IMG/VR virus record: IMGVR_UViG_3300047472_000281
Coordinates: 6,334-70,333 of that record
From: a virus
Length of the DNA stretch: 64,000 nucleotides
Reading direction: 5' to 3' (one strand)
In this document: positions 54,511-63,747 of the stretch, one piece after another
Layout of the letters: every line of letters begins with the position of its first letter
Numbering within the stretch: position 1 is the first letter of the stretch
Program-made: the position numbers and the translations under genes
The notes under the pieces: model-generated
What the model saw: the letters and a program-made list of their open reading frames with translations, nothing else
Database searches by the model: none
Told to the model about the DNA's origin: nothing

Positions 54511-55571
54511 GCGCCCACCTCCGGCATGGCGTTGTGCTCGATGCCGTCCAGTAGGCGGCCAGACGCCTTCTTGCCGATGAATTTCAGCTGGGTGCCCAGC
54601 GTATGGACCCCGTCGTCGTCGAGCCGTTCCCAAGCGACGGCGTAGCGCCCCTGACTTGACTGTAACAACGAGACCGAACCCAGCGGATGCGTGACCTCAG
54701 TCGCCCGGAACGGACGGTCGAGGTCCGGGTCGGCACCCCATGCGCCCCACTGTTTGAAGAAGAAGTCGACGCCCTCCGCCTCGCAGGCGTCGCGGAGCCG
54801 GCGGACCCAGTCGGGGTGCATCGGGCGCGCGCCGGCGCCGCTCTCGCCGCCGACGATGATCCAGTCGAGCGGCGGGACGTCGGGAAACGGCTCGCCGTCG
54901 TCGTCCTCGCAGTCGGTGTCCCAGCGCAGCGGGTTCAACTCGCTGTACCCGCCCATGACATCGATCGGGCCGGGGTCGATCGGACTCAGCATCGGCTCGA
55001 CCGAGACGAAGCGTTTGGCGGCGATCGTCCACAGCAGCTCGGGGACGCGCTCGTCCCACATGATCTGGTTCTCGGCCGACACGCCCAGCCAGACGTTCGG
55101 AAGCGGCAGTTTCACGCCGTCGGGAAAGAGGTCGTACATGCCGGTGGCCACGAGGCGGTCGTGCAGGTTGGCGGCCAGTCCCGCGAAATACTCCCGCATC
55201 CGCTGGGAGCGCTTGGTCAGCACCTGATACGTGTGCCAGGGCGAAAGGTGCATGATCGCGACGACCATATCGATCCAGGCGTCAGGAACGCCTTCCGCGA
55301 ACAGGTCGCCGTGTGCGCAGACAAAGATGCGGCGCGGCTTCTTCCAGTGGATCGGCTGAGACAGCCAGCCTTCGTTCAGGCGGACCTCGCCGGTCCAGAC
55401 TGGGCCGGCCTTGCTGGGCTTGGTCAGGCCGGCGCGGCTGGGGTGGTGCTGGAGCCGCCCGCCTGCGAGCTTCATCGCATAGCAGTTGGTGCAGCCAGAC
55501 GAGACGATGTCGCAGCCCGTGATCGGGTTCCAGGTCGCGTCGGTCCATTCGATGTGGGACTTGTCGGCCAT
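54507..55571 (-). CDS. DUF5131 / phage Gp37-Gp68 family protein (radical-SAM-like)
   Basis: IEWTDATWNPITGC...GCxNCYA, LTKR, WIIVGGESG, FFFKQWG. Confidence 0.93.
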   Translation of the reverse strand: MADKSHIEWTDATWNPITGCDIVSSGCTNCYAMKLAGGRLQHHPSRAGLTKPSKAGPVWTGEVRLNEGWLSQPIHWKKPRRIFVCAHGDLFAEGVPDAWIDMVVAIMHLSPWHTYQVLTKRSQRMREYFAGLAANLHDRLVATGMYDLFPDGVKLPLPNVWLGVSAENQIMWDERVPELLWTIAAKRFVSVEPMLSPIDPGPIDVMGGYSELNPLRWDTDCEDDDGEPFPDVPPLDWIIVGGESGAGARPMHPDWVRRLRDACEAEGVDFFFKQWGAWGADPDLDRPFRATEVTHPLGSVSLLQSSQGRYAVAWERLDDDGVHTLGTQLKFIGKKASGRLLDGIEHNAMPEVGA

Positions 55572-55572
55572 G

Positions 55573-55842
55573 TCAGGCGGCCTTTCCTTTGAACGCGCCG
55601 ATGCGCAGGGTCTCGCGAAGGGTCTGTTCGCCGACCAGAGCGGCCGCCCAGACGCCGGTGTCGTAGCTGGCCGCTGCTAGCGGATCGGGGGACGGCAAGG
55701 TGCTCTGATGGCGCCGCCATGCGGCCACGTGCGCCAGCGCCTCGCCGGCGGTTTCGAACGTCATCGGCCAGAATGCCACGCGGCCGTCCCGATAGAGGAA
55801 CACCGGATAGGCCCGAGCCCTGGAGTTGAAGGGGCGCGACAT
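55573..55842 (-). CDS. Hypothetical protein
   Basis: TGATG coupling. Confidence 0.55.
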   Translation of the reverse strand: MSRPFNSRARAYPVFLYRDGRVAFWPMTFETAGEALAHVAAWRRHQSTLPSPDPLAAASYDTGVWAAALVGEQTLRETLRIGAFKGKAA

Positions 55843-56544
55843 CAGGCGGCCCTTTCGATGCCAGAGGCCTCGATTTCCAGCCGCTCGACCCGCGTCCAGA
55901 TGGCCTGATAGGTTTCACGCGGCAGCAACTCGCGCGCCGCGTCGATGAACATCCGCTCGCGACCGCTGTTCTGCTCGGCGGTCTTGGCGACTCTATCAGC
56001 GCGGCTGATCACGCCCCGGCGGACCTGCAGGGCAGAGCGGAGCGACTTCATCGCGCGGATCAGGGTGTTGGTCGCGGCTAGGAAGCCCTCGTCGCGCTGG
56101 CCCGATGGGAACCCGATCTCGTCGTTCCGGTCATTCTCGACAGCGACGATGCGTTCCGCCAGCCAGGCGACATGGCGGTCGATCTCGACGACGGTGGAAA
56201 TGCCTTCAGGGTCGATCTGAGGCCGGCGGGCGAGCACTTCGTTCGTCAGAGGGTCATTGTCGCCGGCTGGCCGCACGTGAGCGACGCCCTTGATAGGCTT
56301 GGGCCCCGATTGACGCCGGAGGGTCTTGATCCGTGCCCAGAGGAGTTTGGACGCGTGACGATGGGCCGTCAGCGCGCCGATCGCCCGATGGCGCCAACCG
56401 TCCACGTCGTCCTGGGTGTTCTGAAGGGTGGTCTCGATCCGCGTCACGACCAGATCGACCTCGTCGCGAAGCGCGATCAGGGCATTGAGGTCCGTGATTG
56501 CCTCGACCTGCGCCGCAGTAGGGAGTTCGATGCGCTCGCCCATA
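55842..56544 (-). CDS. Hypothetical helical protein with internal duplication (start approximate)
   Basis: Two similar helical modules; ERMFIDAARELL C-terminus. Confidence 0.65.
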
Positions 56545-56811
56545 TCAGTCGGCTCCGAAGATGCAGGCGGTGAGGTCGCGGCCGACATTGGCGTCCGCGA
56601 GGGTGAGGGTCAGCCGCGGCGGCTGTTCCACCGTGCTGTCGTCGGCGAGCCCGACCTTCCATTCGCCGGCCAGGCCCAGGGCCCGCATATCGCGGACGGC
56701 GTCGGCCAGGCGGTTGAGCGCGATGCGTCGCGACTCGGCGGTCTTGCGCACCTTCTCGGCCGCCACCTGGGCGATCGAGTTAGCCGTGGCGAAGGGGCGG
56801 GCGGCGCTCAC
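56545..56811 (-). CDS. Hypothetical protein
   Basis: GTG 56811 overlapping upstream stop. Confidence 0.5.
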   Translation of the reverse strand: MSAARPFATANSIAQVAAEKVRKTAESRRIALNRLADAVRDMRALGLAGEWKVGLADDSTVEQPPRLTLTLADANVGRDLTACIFGAD

Positions 56812-57053
56812 AGCCGCAGATCCTGGATGTGCCCGTTGGCCAGGCCTCGCTGGCCGTGGGCGATGTGCCGCTTGTCCCAGCCGTGAAACTCCTCGGCGCT
56901 CAGGCCGTGAGCCTTCAGCACCTCGTAGAGCGTCAGTTCGCCCTTGCGGACGGCGAGCACCACGGCCGCCTTGCGGCCTGGCGTCCAGCGGCGGACGGGG
57001 GTGAGCAGGTGCAGCGGGCTGGGCGGCGGAGCACGGTGCGGAACGTACGGCAT
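56808..57053 (-). CDS. sciP: SciP-like (DUF1153) CtrA-inhibitor homolog
   Basis: RRWTPGRKAAVVLAVRKGELTLYEVLKAHGLSAEEFHGW...HGQRGL...IQ matches the SciP pattern RWxxxRKAxVVxAVRxGxL...EEFxxW...HGxxGL. Confidence 0.85.
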   Translation of the reverse strand: MPYVPHRAPPPSPLHLLTPVRRWTPGRKAAVVLAVRKGELTLYEVLKAHGLSAEEFHGWDKRHIAHGQRGLANGHIQDLRL

Positions 57054-57055
57054 GG

Positions 57056-57268
57056 TCAGGTGTCCATGATCTCGGTTTGGGCAGGGCCCGCGCGCACGCC
57101 GAAGGCAAGGCCGGTGTGGGAGACGAGGGTGGTCAAGACACCTTGGGTCACCCATGCGGCGGCCAAGTCCTGGGCCAGACGCTCAGCGAAGGCTTCGGGC
57201 ATGCGGTCCTCGTCGATCGTGACGTGGGCGACGTGCTGGACCAGAACAGCGAAGGTACGCGCGGCCAT
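57056..57268 (-). CDS. Hypothetical protein
   Basis: Fills operon gap exactly. Confidence 0.55.
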   Translation of the reverse strand: MAARTFAVLVQHVAHVTIDEDRMPEAFAERLAQDLAAAWVTQGVLTTLVSHTGLAFGVRAGPAQTEIMDT

Positions 57269-57270
57269 GA

Positions 57271-57687
57271 TCAGGCCGTCGCGCTCTGCGGGGTCGTCAG
57301 GATCCGCGCGCAGGTGATCATGCCGCTGCGCGCCATGGTCGAGGCCTGCAGGTAGCGCTGGGCGATCTCCAGACCGCCCGGCTCGACCGTCAGGCGGATG
57401 GCGGGGTTGTCGATCTCGGCCGTGCTGGTCGGGTCGGTCTCGAAGCCTTCAAAGAAGGCGGCTGGCCCCACATCGAGCCTTTTGGCGATGGCCCAGAGCT
57501 TGGACGCCGAGACTCGGTTATGGCCGTTTTCGTACTTCTGGACCTGCTGGAACGACAGGCCCAGGCTATCGGCCAGCTGCTCCTGGCTGACGCCGATCTG
57601 CTTGCGACGGCTGCGGATCATCGCGCCGACGTGCTTGTCGATCTGGGTGGCGGCCTTGGCGGGTGTTTCGGTCTGGGGATTGCTCAT
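57271..57687 (-). CDS. XRE-family transcriptional regulator
   Basis: IDKHVGAMIRSRR...SQEQLADSLGLSFQQVQKYENGHNRVSASKL. Confidence 0.92.
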   Translation of the reverse strand: MSNPQTETPAKAATQIDKHVGAMIRSRRKQIGVSQEQLADSLGLSFQQVQKYENGHNRVSASKLWAIAKRLDVGPAAFFEGFETDPTSTAEIDNPAIRLTVEPGGLEIAQRYLQASTMARSGMITCARILTTPQSATA

Positions 57688-57698
57688 GGGGGGCGTCC

Positions 57699-57788
57699 TC
57701 AAGCGGCGGTGGCGATGAAATGGGCGAGCAGTCCGAACGCCAGCAGCACGGCCAGGCAGAGCAGGTTGTGATGCGGCGTTCGGAGCAT
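57699..57788 (-). CDS. 29-aa hydrophobic peptide
   Basis: MLRTPHHNLLCLAVLLAFGLLAHFIATAA fills operon gap. Confidence 0.4.
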   Translation of the reverse strand: MLRTPHHNLLCLAVLLAFGLLAHFIATAA

Positions 57789-57799
57789 GTCAGCGCGGC

Positions 57800-58084
57800 C
57801 TAGCGGCGGCCGTGCATGGGCGGGTTCGCACGCGCCGTGGGCGGCTTGTCGAAGCCCGGGGTGTGGCCGTTGTCGAGGTGGATGACGGGATGGTTGGGGT
57901 CGATGTCCAGACGCTGGACGTCGAACCACTCGCCTTCGCGGGTCTTGCCATCGGTATCGACCGGCGGCGTCACGGAGACCCGATTGCAGCCGGTCAGATA
58001 GATGCAGTAGGCGGTGGCCACGCCCTTGAAACCGGTCACCCGGTCTTTGACGGTGGCGCCGAGGATGGCATTTGCTTCAGTCAT
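57800..58084 (-). CDS. Hypothetical phage protein (SH3-like)
   Basis: LGATVKDRVTGFKGVATA...LTGC...WFD; AAGGAG SD. Confidence 0.8.
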   Translation of the reverse strand: MTEANAILGATVKDRVTGFKGVATAYCIYLTGCNRVSVTPPVDTDGKTREGEWFDVQRLDIDPNHPVIHLDNGHTPGFDKPPTARANPPMHGRR

Positions 58085-58109
58085 AGGTCTTCTCCTTGGG
58101 TTGAAGGGG

Positions 58110-58856
58110 TTAGGCCGCGTCGGCCGGCGCGCTTTGGCGCTGTTGCTGGCGCAGCGTCTGGTGGTGGCGGGCCGTGAACATCACGTCCGCGTCGAAGTCC
58201 CGATCGAGGATCCAGAACAGGAAGCTGTCTTCGGCTTCGGTCCATGGACGACCCTTTCGGTCGCCGAACGGCATTCGCGCCAGCAGCGCCGGCTGGGTGG
58301 TCCACTCGACCAGCTGGTCGGCGGTGGCGATCTTCAGCAGCTCGCGCAGCAGGAAGGCCGTGACGTAGGCGTCGGGGCCGGCGCGATGGGCGGGCGTGGC
58401 CAGCGCACGATCGAGGCCGTCTGGCTTCAGCCAATAGCGCAGAGCCTGATTGCTGTGGCTGGGCGCTTCAGGCCAAGCGTGCAGCGCGCATTTCCAGGTG
58501 CAAATCCACGGCGTGTCGCCGGTGTGCTCGCCGAGGTAGTGGCGCTCCATGCCGATGTTATGGGCGACGAAGGCCAGCACGTCGGCGTTGTCGACGAAGG
58601 GCTTAACGACGTCATCGATCCGAGGGGCGCGCTCGACATCCTCGTCCACGATGTGATGGACCGCGCTGGTCTGCGGCGGGATCGGGACGCCAGGGTTGAT
58701 CAGGCAGGCGTCGGGCGTCAGCGGGACGAAATGGACGCCGAGAACGTTGTTGTGCACCTGAACTAAGTCGCACTTTGCGATCTCGACCACCTTGCCCTCG
58801 GGGGCGAAGTCAGTCGCTTCAAGGTCCAGGATACGGAAGAAGGGCAGGAGATTCAC
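58110..58856 (-). CDS. DnaQ-family 3'-5' exonuclease (exonuclease X-like)
   Basis: LDLEAT, VAHN, WICT, HRAGPDA, MPFG motifs; GTG 58856. Confidence 0.9.
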   Translation of the reverse strand: MNLLPFFRILDLEATDFAPEGKVVEIAKCDLVQVHNNVLGVHFVPLTPDACLINPGVPIPPQTSAVHHIVDEDVERAPRIDDVVKPFVDNADVLAFVAHNIGMERHYLGEHTGDTPWICTWKCALHAWPEAPSHSNQALRYWLKPDGLDRALATPAHRAGPDAYVTAFLLRELLKIATADQLVEWTTQPALLARMPFGDRKGRPWTEAEDSFLFWILDRDFDADVMFTARHHQTLRQQQRQSAPADAA

Positions 58857-59629
58857 GCTGCAGTCCTTTGAGCGTTGATATGGGCCAGCAGCTGCAAGCC
58901 CATGTGGTGGGTGAAGGCAGGGGGGATGGCGTTGGACAGCTCGTCGAGCGTCATCCAATCGATGCCCATGGCCTCGCTGGCGGCGGCCTTGTGGCCACCG
59001 ATCCAGACGTCCTTGGTGCCCCGGCCGCCGTACTTGGCGGCGCGGTTGCGGGCGTGGCCGCCATAGACGCCGATGACGGGCTGAGTGTGGGCGCATGGGC
59101 CAGGCGCGGTGGCCGGGAAGCTGGTCTCGAACAGGCGCTCGCGCTGCAGCTGGTGGCCTTGGGCGCCGAGGCCGAACATCGAGCCGCACAGCATCAGGGG
59201 ATTGATCATGTCCCAGCCTGCGTCGACGACGTTCTCGATCACGTAGGGCAGGCCGGTGGCCTTCAGCAGCGTGCGGAAGGCCGGAATCATGCAGGGCTTG
59301 CCCTTAGCGCCCGGCGCGTGACGCATGCCGGTGTAGCCCTGGCAGTCGGGCGAGGCGTGGACGCCGTCGAAATTGGCGGCGATCCAGGCCGGGTCGAGCG
59401 CCAGAGCGTCGGTGACCATCAGTTCGTACGGATAATTGCGCTGCTTGGTCAGATCGGCGCCGACCACTTCGAAACCCGCGTCGGCATAGCCCTTGCTGCA
59501 GCCGCCGGCCTTGCAGGCCAGATCGAGCAGCCGGGGCTTGCGCGCCCAGTTCGAAACATCGAACTCGATGCGGTCGGTTGCGACGTCTGGTTGGCCGGGA
59601 GCCAGGAGTGTGGAGCGGACGGCCGTCAC
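58853..59629 (-). CDS. Short DNA cytosine methyltransferase-like protein
   Basis: LLDLACKAGG, HASPDCQ, IENV, RxRLFE, AIPPAF. Confidence 0.8.
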   Translation of the reverse strand: MTAVRSTLLAPGQPDVATDRIEFDVSNWARKPRLLDLACKAGGCSKGYADAGFEVVGADLTKQRNYPYELMVTDALALDPAWIAANFDGVHASPDCQGYTGMRHAPGAKGKPCMIPAFRTLLKATGLPYVIENVVDAGWDMINPLMLCGSMFGLGAQGHQLQRERLFETSFPATAPGPCAHTQPVIGVYGGHARNRAAKYGGRGTKDVWIGGHKAAASEAMGIDWMTLDELSNAIPPAFTHHMGLQLLAHINAQRTAA

Positions 59630-61662
59630 AGCGGCATGCTCGACGTGTCGACCGACAGGGCGATCATCAGCTGGCGCTGGGGCGCGACCCAGATCGGATC
59701 GGTCGACAGCATGAACGTCTGGCCCGACCAAGCCAGCAGTAGGGTCTTGCCCATGACGCTGGCGATGGCGGCCGCGGCGTCGGAAGGGACGGCGTTACCA
59801 ATACGCTCGCGCCAGGCGCTGTCCGACTTGCCGTCGAGCGTGAAACCCCAGGCTTCTTCCGGTTCGAAGAAGCTCTGCAGGCCCGCCAGATCCAGCGTAG
59901 TGAACGGGCGATGCCACGTGCCGTCCAGAGACCGGATCACGCAGACGAGGCGATCGCCCTTGGTGGGCAGGGCCTCGGTCTGGTCGCCGACGGCCTCGCG
60001 CGGGTCCGCGACCGACCATGAGCCATTGTTATTCTTGGCGTAGGCGGGGATCGCCTTGCTGGTTTCGTCCCAACCTATGACGCCGTAGTGCCCCTGGTTG
60101 GCATAGGTGTCGCGGTTCTTGCCGGCCAGGCCGACAGGGCGAGGGTCAGCGACCGACCAGCGACCGTTGTCCCAGGGGTGGGCGTTGCCCAGCACAGCGC
60201 CGGTGTGATCGTCCCAGGTCTGGACGCCGTAGTGGTCGGCGCGGTGCGTCTCGGCGGCGTTGAGCCCTACTGGTCGCGGATCAGCGACCGCGAAGGCGCC
60301 GTCGCCGGTAGTGCTAGCCGAGATCACCGTCCTGGACGTGCCCGAGTAGGGCGTGACCAGATACTTGGTGTGCTCGTAGCCGTCGCCGGCGGGATGGCGC
60401 GGATCGGCGACGCAGGCCATGCCGCCGCGCGCCGAGGTGACGGCGCCCGAGGCATCGCCATAGCGCACGATCTTATAGACGTTGGAGAAGCGCGGCCCGT
60501 CATCGCCCACGCGCGGGTCTGAGACGGCGAAGCCGCCCTGGCCGGTGCTCTTGACGTTGATGATCGCCCCGGTCGTGTCCTTCCAGCCGCGCACGCCGTA
60601 TTGCCCGGCCTCGTAGCCGTTGGCGTCGAAGCGGGGATCGGCGACACTGTTGGCGCCGTTCGTCGGCGACGAGCGGCCGGCGACGACGCCGGTGTGCTCG
60701 TCCCAAGTCCGAACGCCCAGCACGTCGCTGTTCCAGTTGACGTCGCCAGGACGGACATCCGTCGCCGGCTCGGGGCGACCGCCGTCGGGCACGATCCCGA
60801 AGTCCTTCAGGTGGCCGTCTTCGACCGCCAGCTTGTTCAGCGACCGCCAGTCGGACCCAGCCTCGACGAAGGCCAGGCGAACCCAGGTCTGCCACTGCAG
60901 GGCCGGGATCCGGTGCATAGGGCCGGCGCGCTCGTCGCCTGGCAGGGGCATGCGGTCCAGGATCTCGCCGACGCCGCGCAGGCCGCGCTTGGGCGGCTCG
61001 TACAGGAACGGCGGCACTTTCTTCTCGTGGCGGGCGACCAGCAGGAACCGCTTGCGGCTCTGGGCCAGATTGCCGATCTCCCCGCAGTCATGGGTGGTCT
61101 CCGACACCGCGTAGCCATAGGCGCGCAGCATGCCGGTGATCTGGTTGAGCAGCTTGCGGCCGCGCTTGGCGATCCGAGGCACGTTCTCGAAAATGAACAG
61201 CTCGACCGGGTCGTCGGCATAGGCTTCCAGCGCCAGCATCATGCCGCGCACGGTCAGTTCGTTCAGCGCCTGATACTTGTCGGTCTTGCTGGTCGTCTCC
61301 GACAGCAGGCCGGAGAAGCCCTTGCACGGCGCCGACAGGAAGATGATGTGCGGCTTCTTGAAGCCAAACGCGGCGTGGATGTCGTGCGGCAGGGCAGGGG
61401 TCCAGCCCGGCGGCGGCAGTTGGCCGTGGAAGGCGACATACTGCTCGAAGCTGAACAGGTCACGCACCGTGGCCTTGGTGCCCGTCAGGGTCTCGAAGTC
61501 ACGCACGCCGGCCGCGTCGACATCGATGCCGCCGACGCATTCGAAGACGGCTTCCATGCTGCCGACGCGGGCCTGGCCCATGTTGAAGCCGCGCGCGCCC
61601 GAGCCCAGGCCACAGAAGATGTGGCCGTGGCGGACGACCTTTTTGATCGTGATCTCGCTCAT
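59626..61662 (-). CDS. DNA cytosine-5 methyltransferase with expanded repetitive variable region
   Basis: FCGLG, SAPCKGFS, ENV, QSRKR, IGNAVP motifs; repeated VADPR units. Confidence 0.92.
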   Translation of the reverse strand: MSEITIKKVVRHGHIFCGLGSGARGFNMGQARVGSMEAVFECVGGIDVDAAGVRDFETLTGTKATVRDLFSFEQYVAFHGQLPPPGWTPALPHDIHAAFGFKKPHIIFLSAPCKGFSGLLSETTSKTDKYQALNELTVRGMMLALEAYADDPVELFIFENVPRIAKRGRKLLNQITGMLRAYGYAVSETTHDCGEIGNLAQSRKRFLLVARHEKKVPPFLYEPPKRGLRGVGEILDRMPLPGDERAGPMHRIPALQWQTWVRLAFVEAGSDWRSLNKLAVEDGHLKDFGIVPDGGRPEPATDVRPGDVNWNSDVLGVRTWDEHTGVVAGRSSPTNGANSVADPRFDANGYEAGQYGVRGWKDTTGAIINVKSTGQGGFAVSDPRVGDDGPRFSNVYKIVRYGDASGAVTSARGGMACVADPRHPAGDGYEHTKYLVTPYSGTSRTVISASTTGDGAFAVADPRPVGLNAAETHRADHYGVQTWDDHTGAVLGNAHPWDNGRWSVADPRPVGLAGKNRDTYANQGHYGVIGWDETSKAIPAYAKNNNGSWSVADPREAVGDQTEALPTKGDRLVCVIRSLDGTWHRPFTTLDLAGLQSFFEPEEAWGFTLDGKSDSAWRERIGNAVPSDAAAAIASVMGKTLLLAWSGQTFMLSTDPIWVAPQRQLMIALSVDTSSMPL

Positions 61663-61976
61663 GCCTTGGCCGCCTTCGCAGCCAAGCCGGGCATGACCTT
61701 TTCGCTATAGTCGAATACAGCCTGCAGCGCCGTTCGCGCGGCCGCTTCGTCGTTGACGGACTCGCCGAAAATCTTCGCAACGACGTGGGGATGGCCCGAG
61801 ATGCTCATCGAGATCTCGCCGTCGATCTGGTCGCACCCGACCGCGAAAACGACACTGTCGCGACTCGCGTCGTCCTCATGCTCCCGGACGGAGACCAGCA
61901 GCTGCCAGCCGTCGATCTCCCAGAACTTCCAGAGCTTCAGCGGCGTCAGGCCATAGGTGTTAAGGGGCGCGCTCAT
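61659..61976 (-). CDS. Hypothetical protein
   Basis: ATGA coupling on both sides. Confidence 0.65.
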   Translation of the reverse strand: MSAPLNTYGLTPLKLWKFWEIDGWQLLVSVREHEDDASRDSVVFAVGCDQIDGEISMSISGHPHVVAKIFGESVNDEAAARTALQAVFDYSEKVMPGLAAKAAKA

Positions 61977-62242
61977 GCGCGGGCCTTCAGGGCTTCGTTC
62001 TCGGCGCGAACGATGGTGATCAGGCCCGGGTCGAAGTGGTTATGCTGGTAGATGCACTGCTCGCAGGCCAGTTCGATGAAGTAGTCGGCCAGCAGCAGGC
62101 CGACCTCGCGCGGCGTGGCGTCCTCGCCGATCTCCGGCGGCGCCTTGCCCAGTTCGGGCAACAGGACGCGCTTTTCGCCCTGGGCGAAGATGTCGGCGAT
62201 CTGGCTGCGAGACAGCGTCACCTCGTTGATCCGGATAATCAT
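61973..62242 (-). CDS. Hypothetical protein
   Basis: ATG 62242 coupled to upstream TGA. Confidence 0.6.
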   Translation of the reverse strand: MIIRINEVTLSRSQIADIFAQGEKRVLLPELGKAPPEIGEDATPREVGLLLADYFIELACEQCIYQHNHFDPGLITIVRAENEALKARA

Positions 62243-62373
62243 CAGAGGAAGGGTCCTTGGATCCACAGGAGGACGTGCAGGCCGAGCGCCAGGCCGGCGA
62301 TGCCGACCAGGGCGACTTGGAACGGGGTGAGGGGCGGGGGCGTCTGGCGCTCGGGCGGAGGACGGCCGGGCAT
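62242..62373 (-). CDS. 43-aa single-TM peptide (not in ORF track)
   Basis: TGATG coupling on both sides; MPGRPPPERQTPPPLTPFQVALVGIAGLALGLHVLLWIQGPFL. Confidence 0.5.
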   Translation of the reverse strand: MPGRPPPERQTPPPLTPFQVALVGIAGLALGLHVLLWIQGPFL

Positions 62374-62762
62374 CAGATCAGCCCAACGGCGGTGCGCAGG
62401 ACGAAGAACAGCGCAACGGCCCCCATGCCGACGTAGATGATGCGGTCACCGATCCGGGCCCAGGCGGGAACGGGGCGGGGCGGCGGGATCGGGCGAAGCG
62501 GGCGGGCGGCGTTGCCGGCGGGCGTGAGGTGGTGGCGCGGCTCGCCCTCCAGCGGCGGCGGCAGGCCTTCCTCGAGTATCAGCGCGCAGCCCTCGGGCGG
62601 GCGGACGGATTCGTAGACGCGCGTGTAGGCGTTCATGGCGGCGTCGCCCACGCGGATGAACTCGGCGGGGCATTCGCCGCGCTCGGCCATCTGGGCCGCC
62701 GTCAGAGTTTCGCCGGTCAGCAGGGCCATGAGGCCGGGACGCTGGGTTTTCGGCTGGGCCAT
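62373..62762 (-). CDS. Hypothetical protein with C-terminal TM
   Basis: Pro-rich linker and hydrophobic C-terminus. Confidence 0.6.
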   Translation of the reverse strand: MAQPKTQRPGLMALLTGETLTAAQMAERGECPAEFIRVGDAAMNAYTRVYESVRPPEGCALILEEGLPPPLEGEPRHHLTPAGNAARPLRPIPPPRPVPAWARIGDRIIYVGMGAVALFFVLRTAVGLI

Positions 62763-62765
62763 GGC

Positions 62766-63335
62766 TCAGGCCCCCGCCACGGTGGTCGACGGCCAGCGAT
62801 AGGCCCGGCAGGGCACGCGGCCGAAGGCGGTGTTGAGGCGGATCTCGGGGCCGTGGGGCGCCCAGACCAGGGCGACAAGCTCGCCGCGGTCCTGGGTCTG
62901 CGCATCGGTGACGACGCAGCAGTCCGGCCCGTTGCCCAGGGTCATGATGATGTCGCCGGGGAGGGTCTTCAGCGGGAAGACATGCTCGATCCGCTGCAAG
63001 CCCCAGGACTCGATCGCGGCGCAGATGGAGTCACCCGACGGGTCGTGGTCGGGCCAGCCCATGTAGTCGCGAAGGTCGGCCAGATCGGCCGGTACGACGA
63101 AGCCGTGCCCTTCGGCCCAGCTTGCCGCGACCTCAGCGCACCAGCGGACAAAGCCGAAGGCGTCAAAGCCCTCGGGCGTCGTGCGGCCACCCGGCGTGTA
63201 GGTCGGGTGATATTTCGTCACGAGGGTTTTGGCCGCCCAGGCCATGACTTCGGCGCGGGTCAGCGTCGCCGGTAGCGGCGTGGTTACGCTGAAGTCTAAC
63301 GCCTTCTCGGCGCACGGTGCGGTAGTGGCGTCCAC
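62766..63335 (-). CDS. NlpC/P60-like protein lacking the catalytic Cys; first gene of early-left operon
   Basis: YTPGGRTTPEGFDAFGFV and LPGDII; GGAG SD. Confidence 0.6.
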   Translation of the reverse strand: MDATTAPCAEKALDFSVTTPLPATLTRAEVMAWAAKTLVTKYHPTYTPGGRTTPEGFDAFGFVRWCAEVAASWAEGHGFVVPADLADLRDYMGWPDHDPSGDSICAAIESWGLQRIEHVFPLKTLPGDIIMTLGNGPDCCVVTDAQTQDRGELVALVWAPHGPEIRLNTAFGRVPCRAYRWPSTTVAGA

Positions 63336-63362
63336 GATGGTCTCCCCCGAGGTTCTGGGGAG

Positions 63363-63413
63363 ACGATAGGAAACCTATTTCAAGCGGTCAACGAAAAAGA
63401 TAGAAAAAATATC
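63363..63413 (-). promoter_or_regulatory. Early leftward promoter (PL-like) with two operator palindromes
   Basis: Minus-strand TTGACC-17-TATCGT; GATAGGAAACCTATT (63365-63379) and GATAGAAAAAATATC (63399-63413). Confidence 0.75.
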
Positions 63414-63747
63414 ATTCGCCCGTGCCGATATGTTTGTTACGCGCACCCTCGGCGCCCGGGTTGCCTCCGAGCTGCGATAGGCGCTCATCTAGGCGTGTCG
63501 GCCTATTCGCAAGGGTGGTGTTTGCAGACTCAGACCCTAGCCATGCGATGAGTGAGGTTGCGCCAATAACGAGCGTGGCCACCAGCGCGATCCAGCACCA
63601 AGCTGGAACCTTTTGCGCTAGACCCAGTCCGACAGCGATAACGATCATGAGTAGTGCAATCCGGCTTAGAGCCGTGATTGCACCAGTAATCGCACCCACG
63701 CCAAGCAGGAGAATGGCGACAATCATAAGCAACAGAAAAACGATCAT
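63412..63747 (-). CDS. Membrane protein co-transcribed with repressor
   Basis: About three hydrophobic segments; lower GC; starts right after repressor stop. Confidence 0.65.
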   Translation of the reverse strand: MIVFLLLMIVAILLLGVGAITGAITALSRIALLMIVIAVGLGLAQKVPAWCWIALVATLVIGATSLIAWLGSESANTTLANRPTRLDERLSQLGGNPGAEGARNKHIGTGE

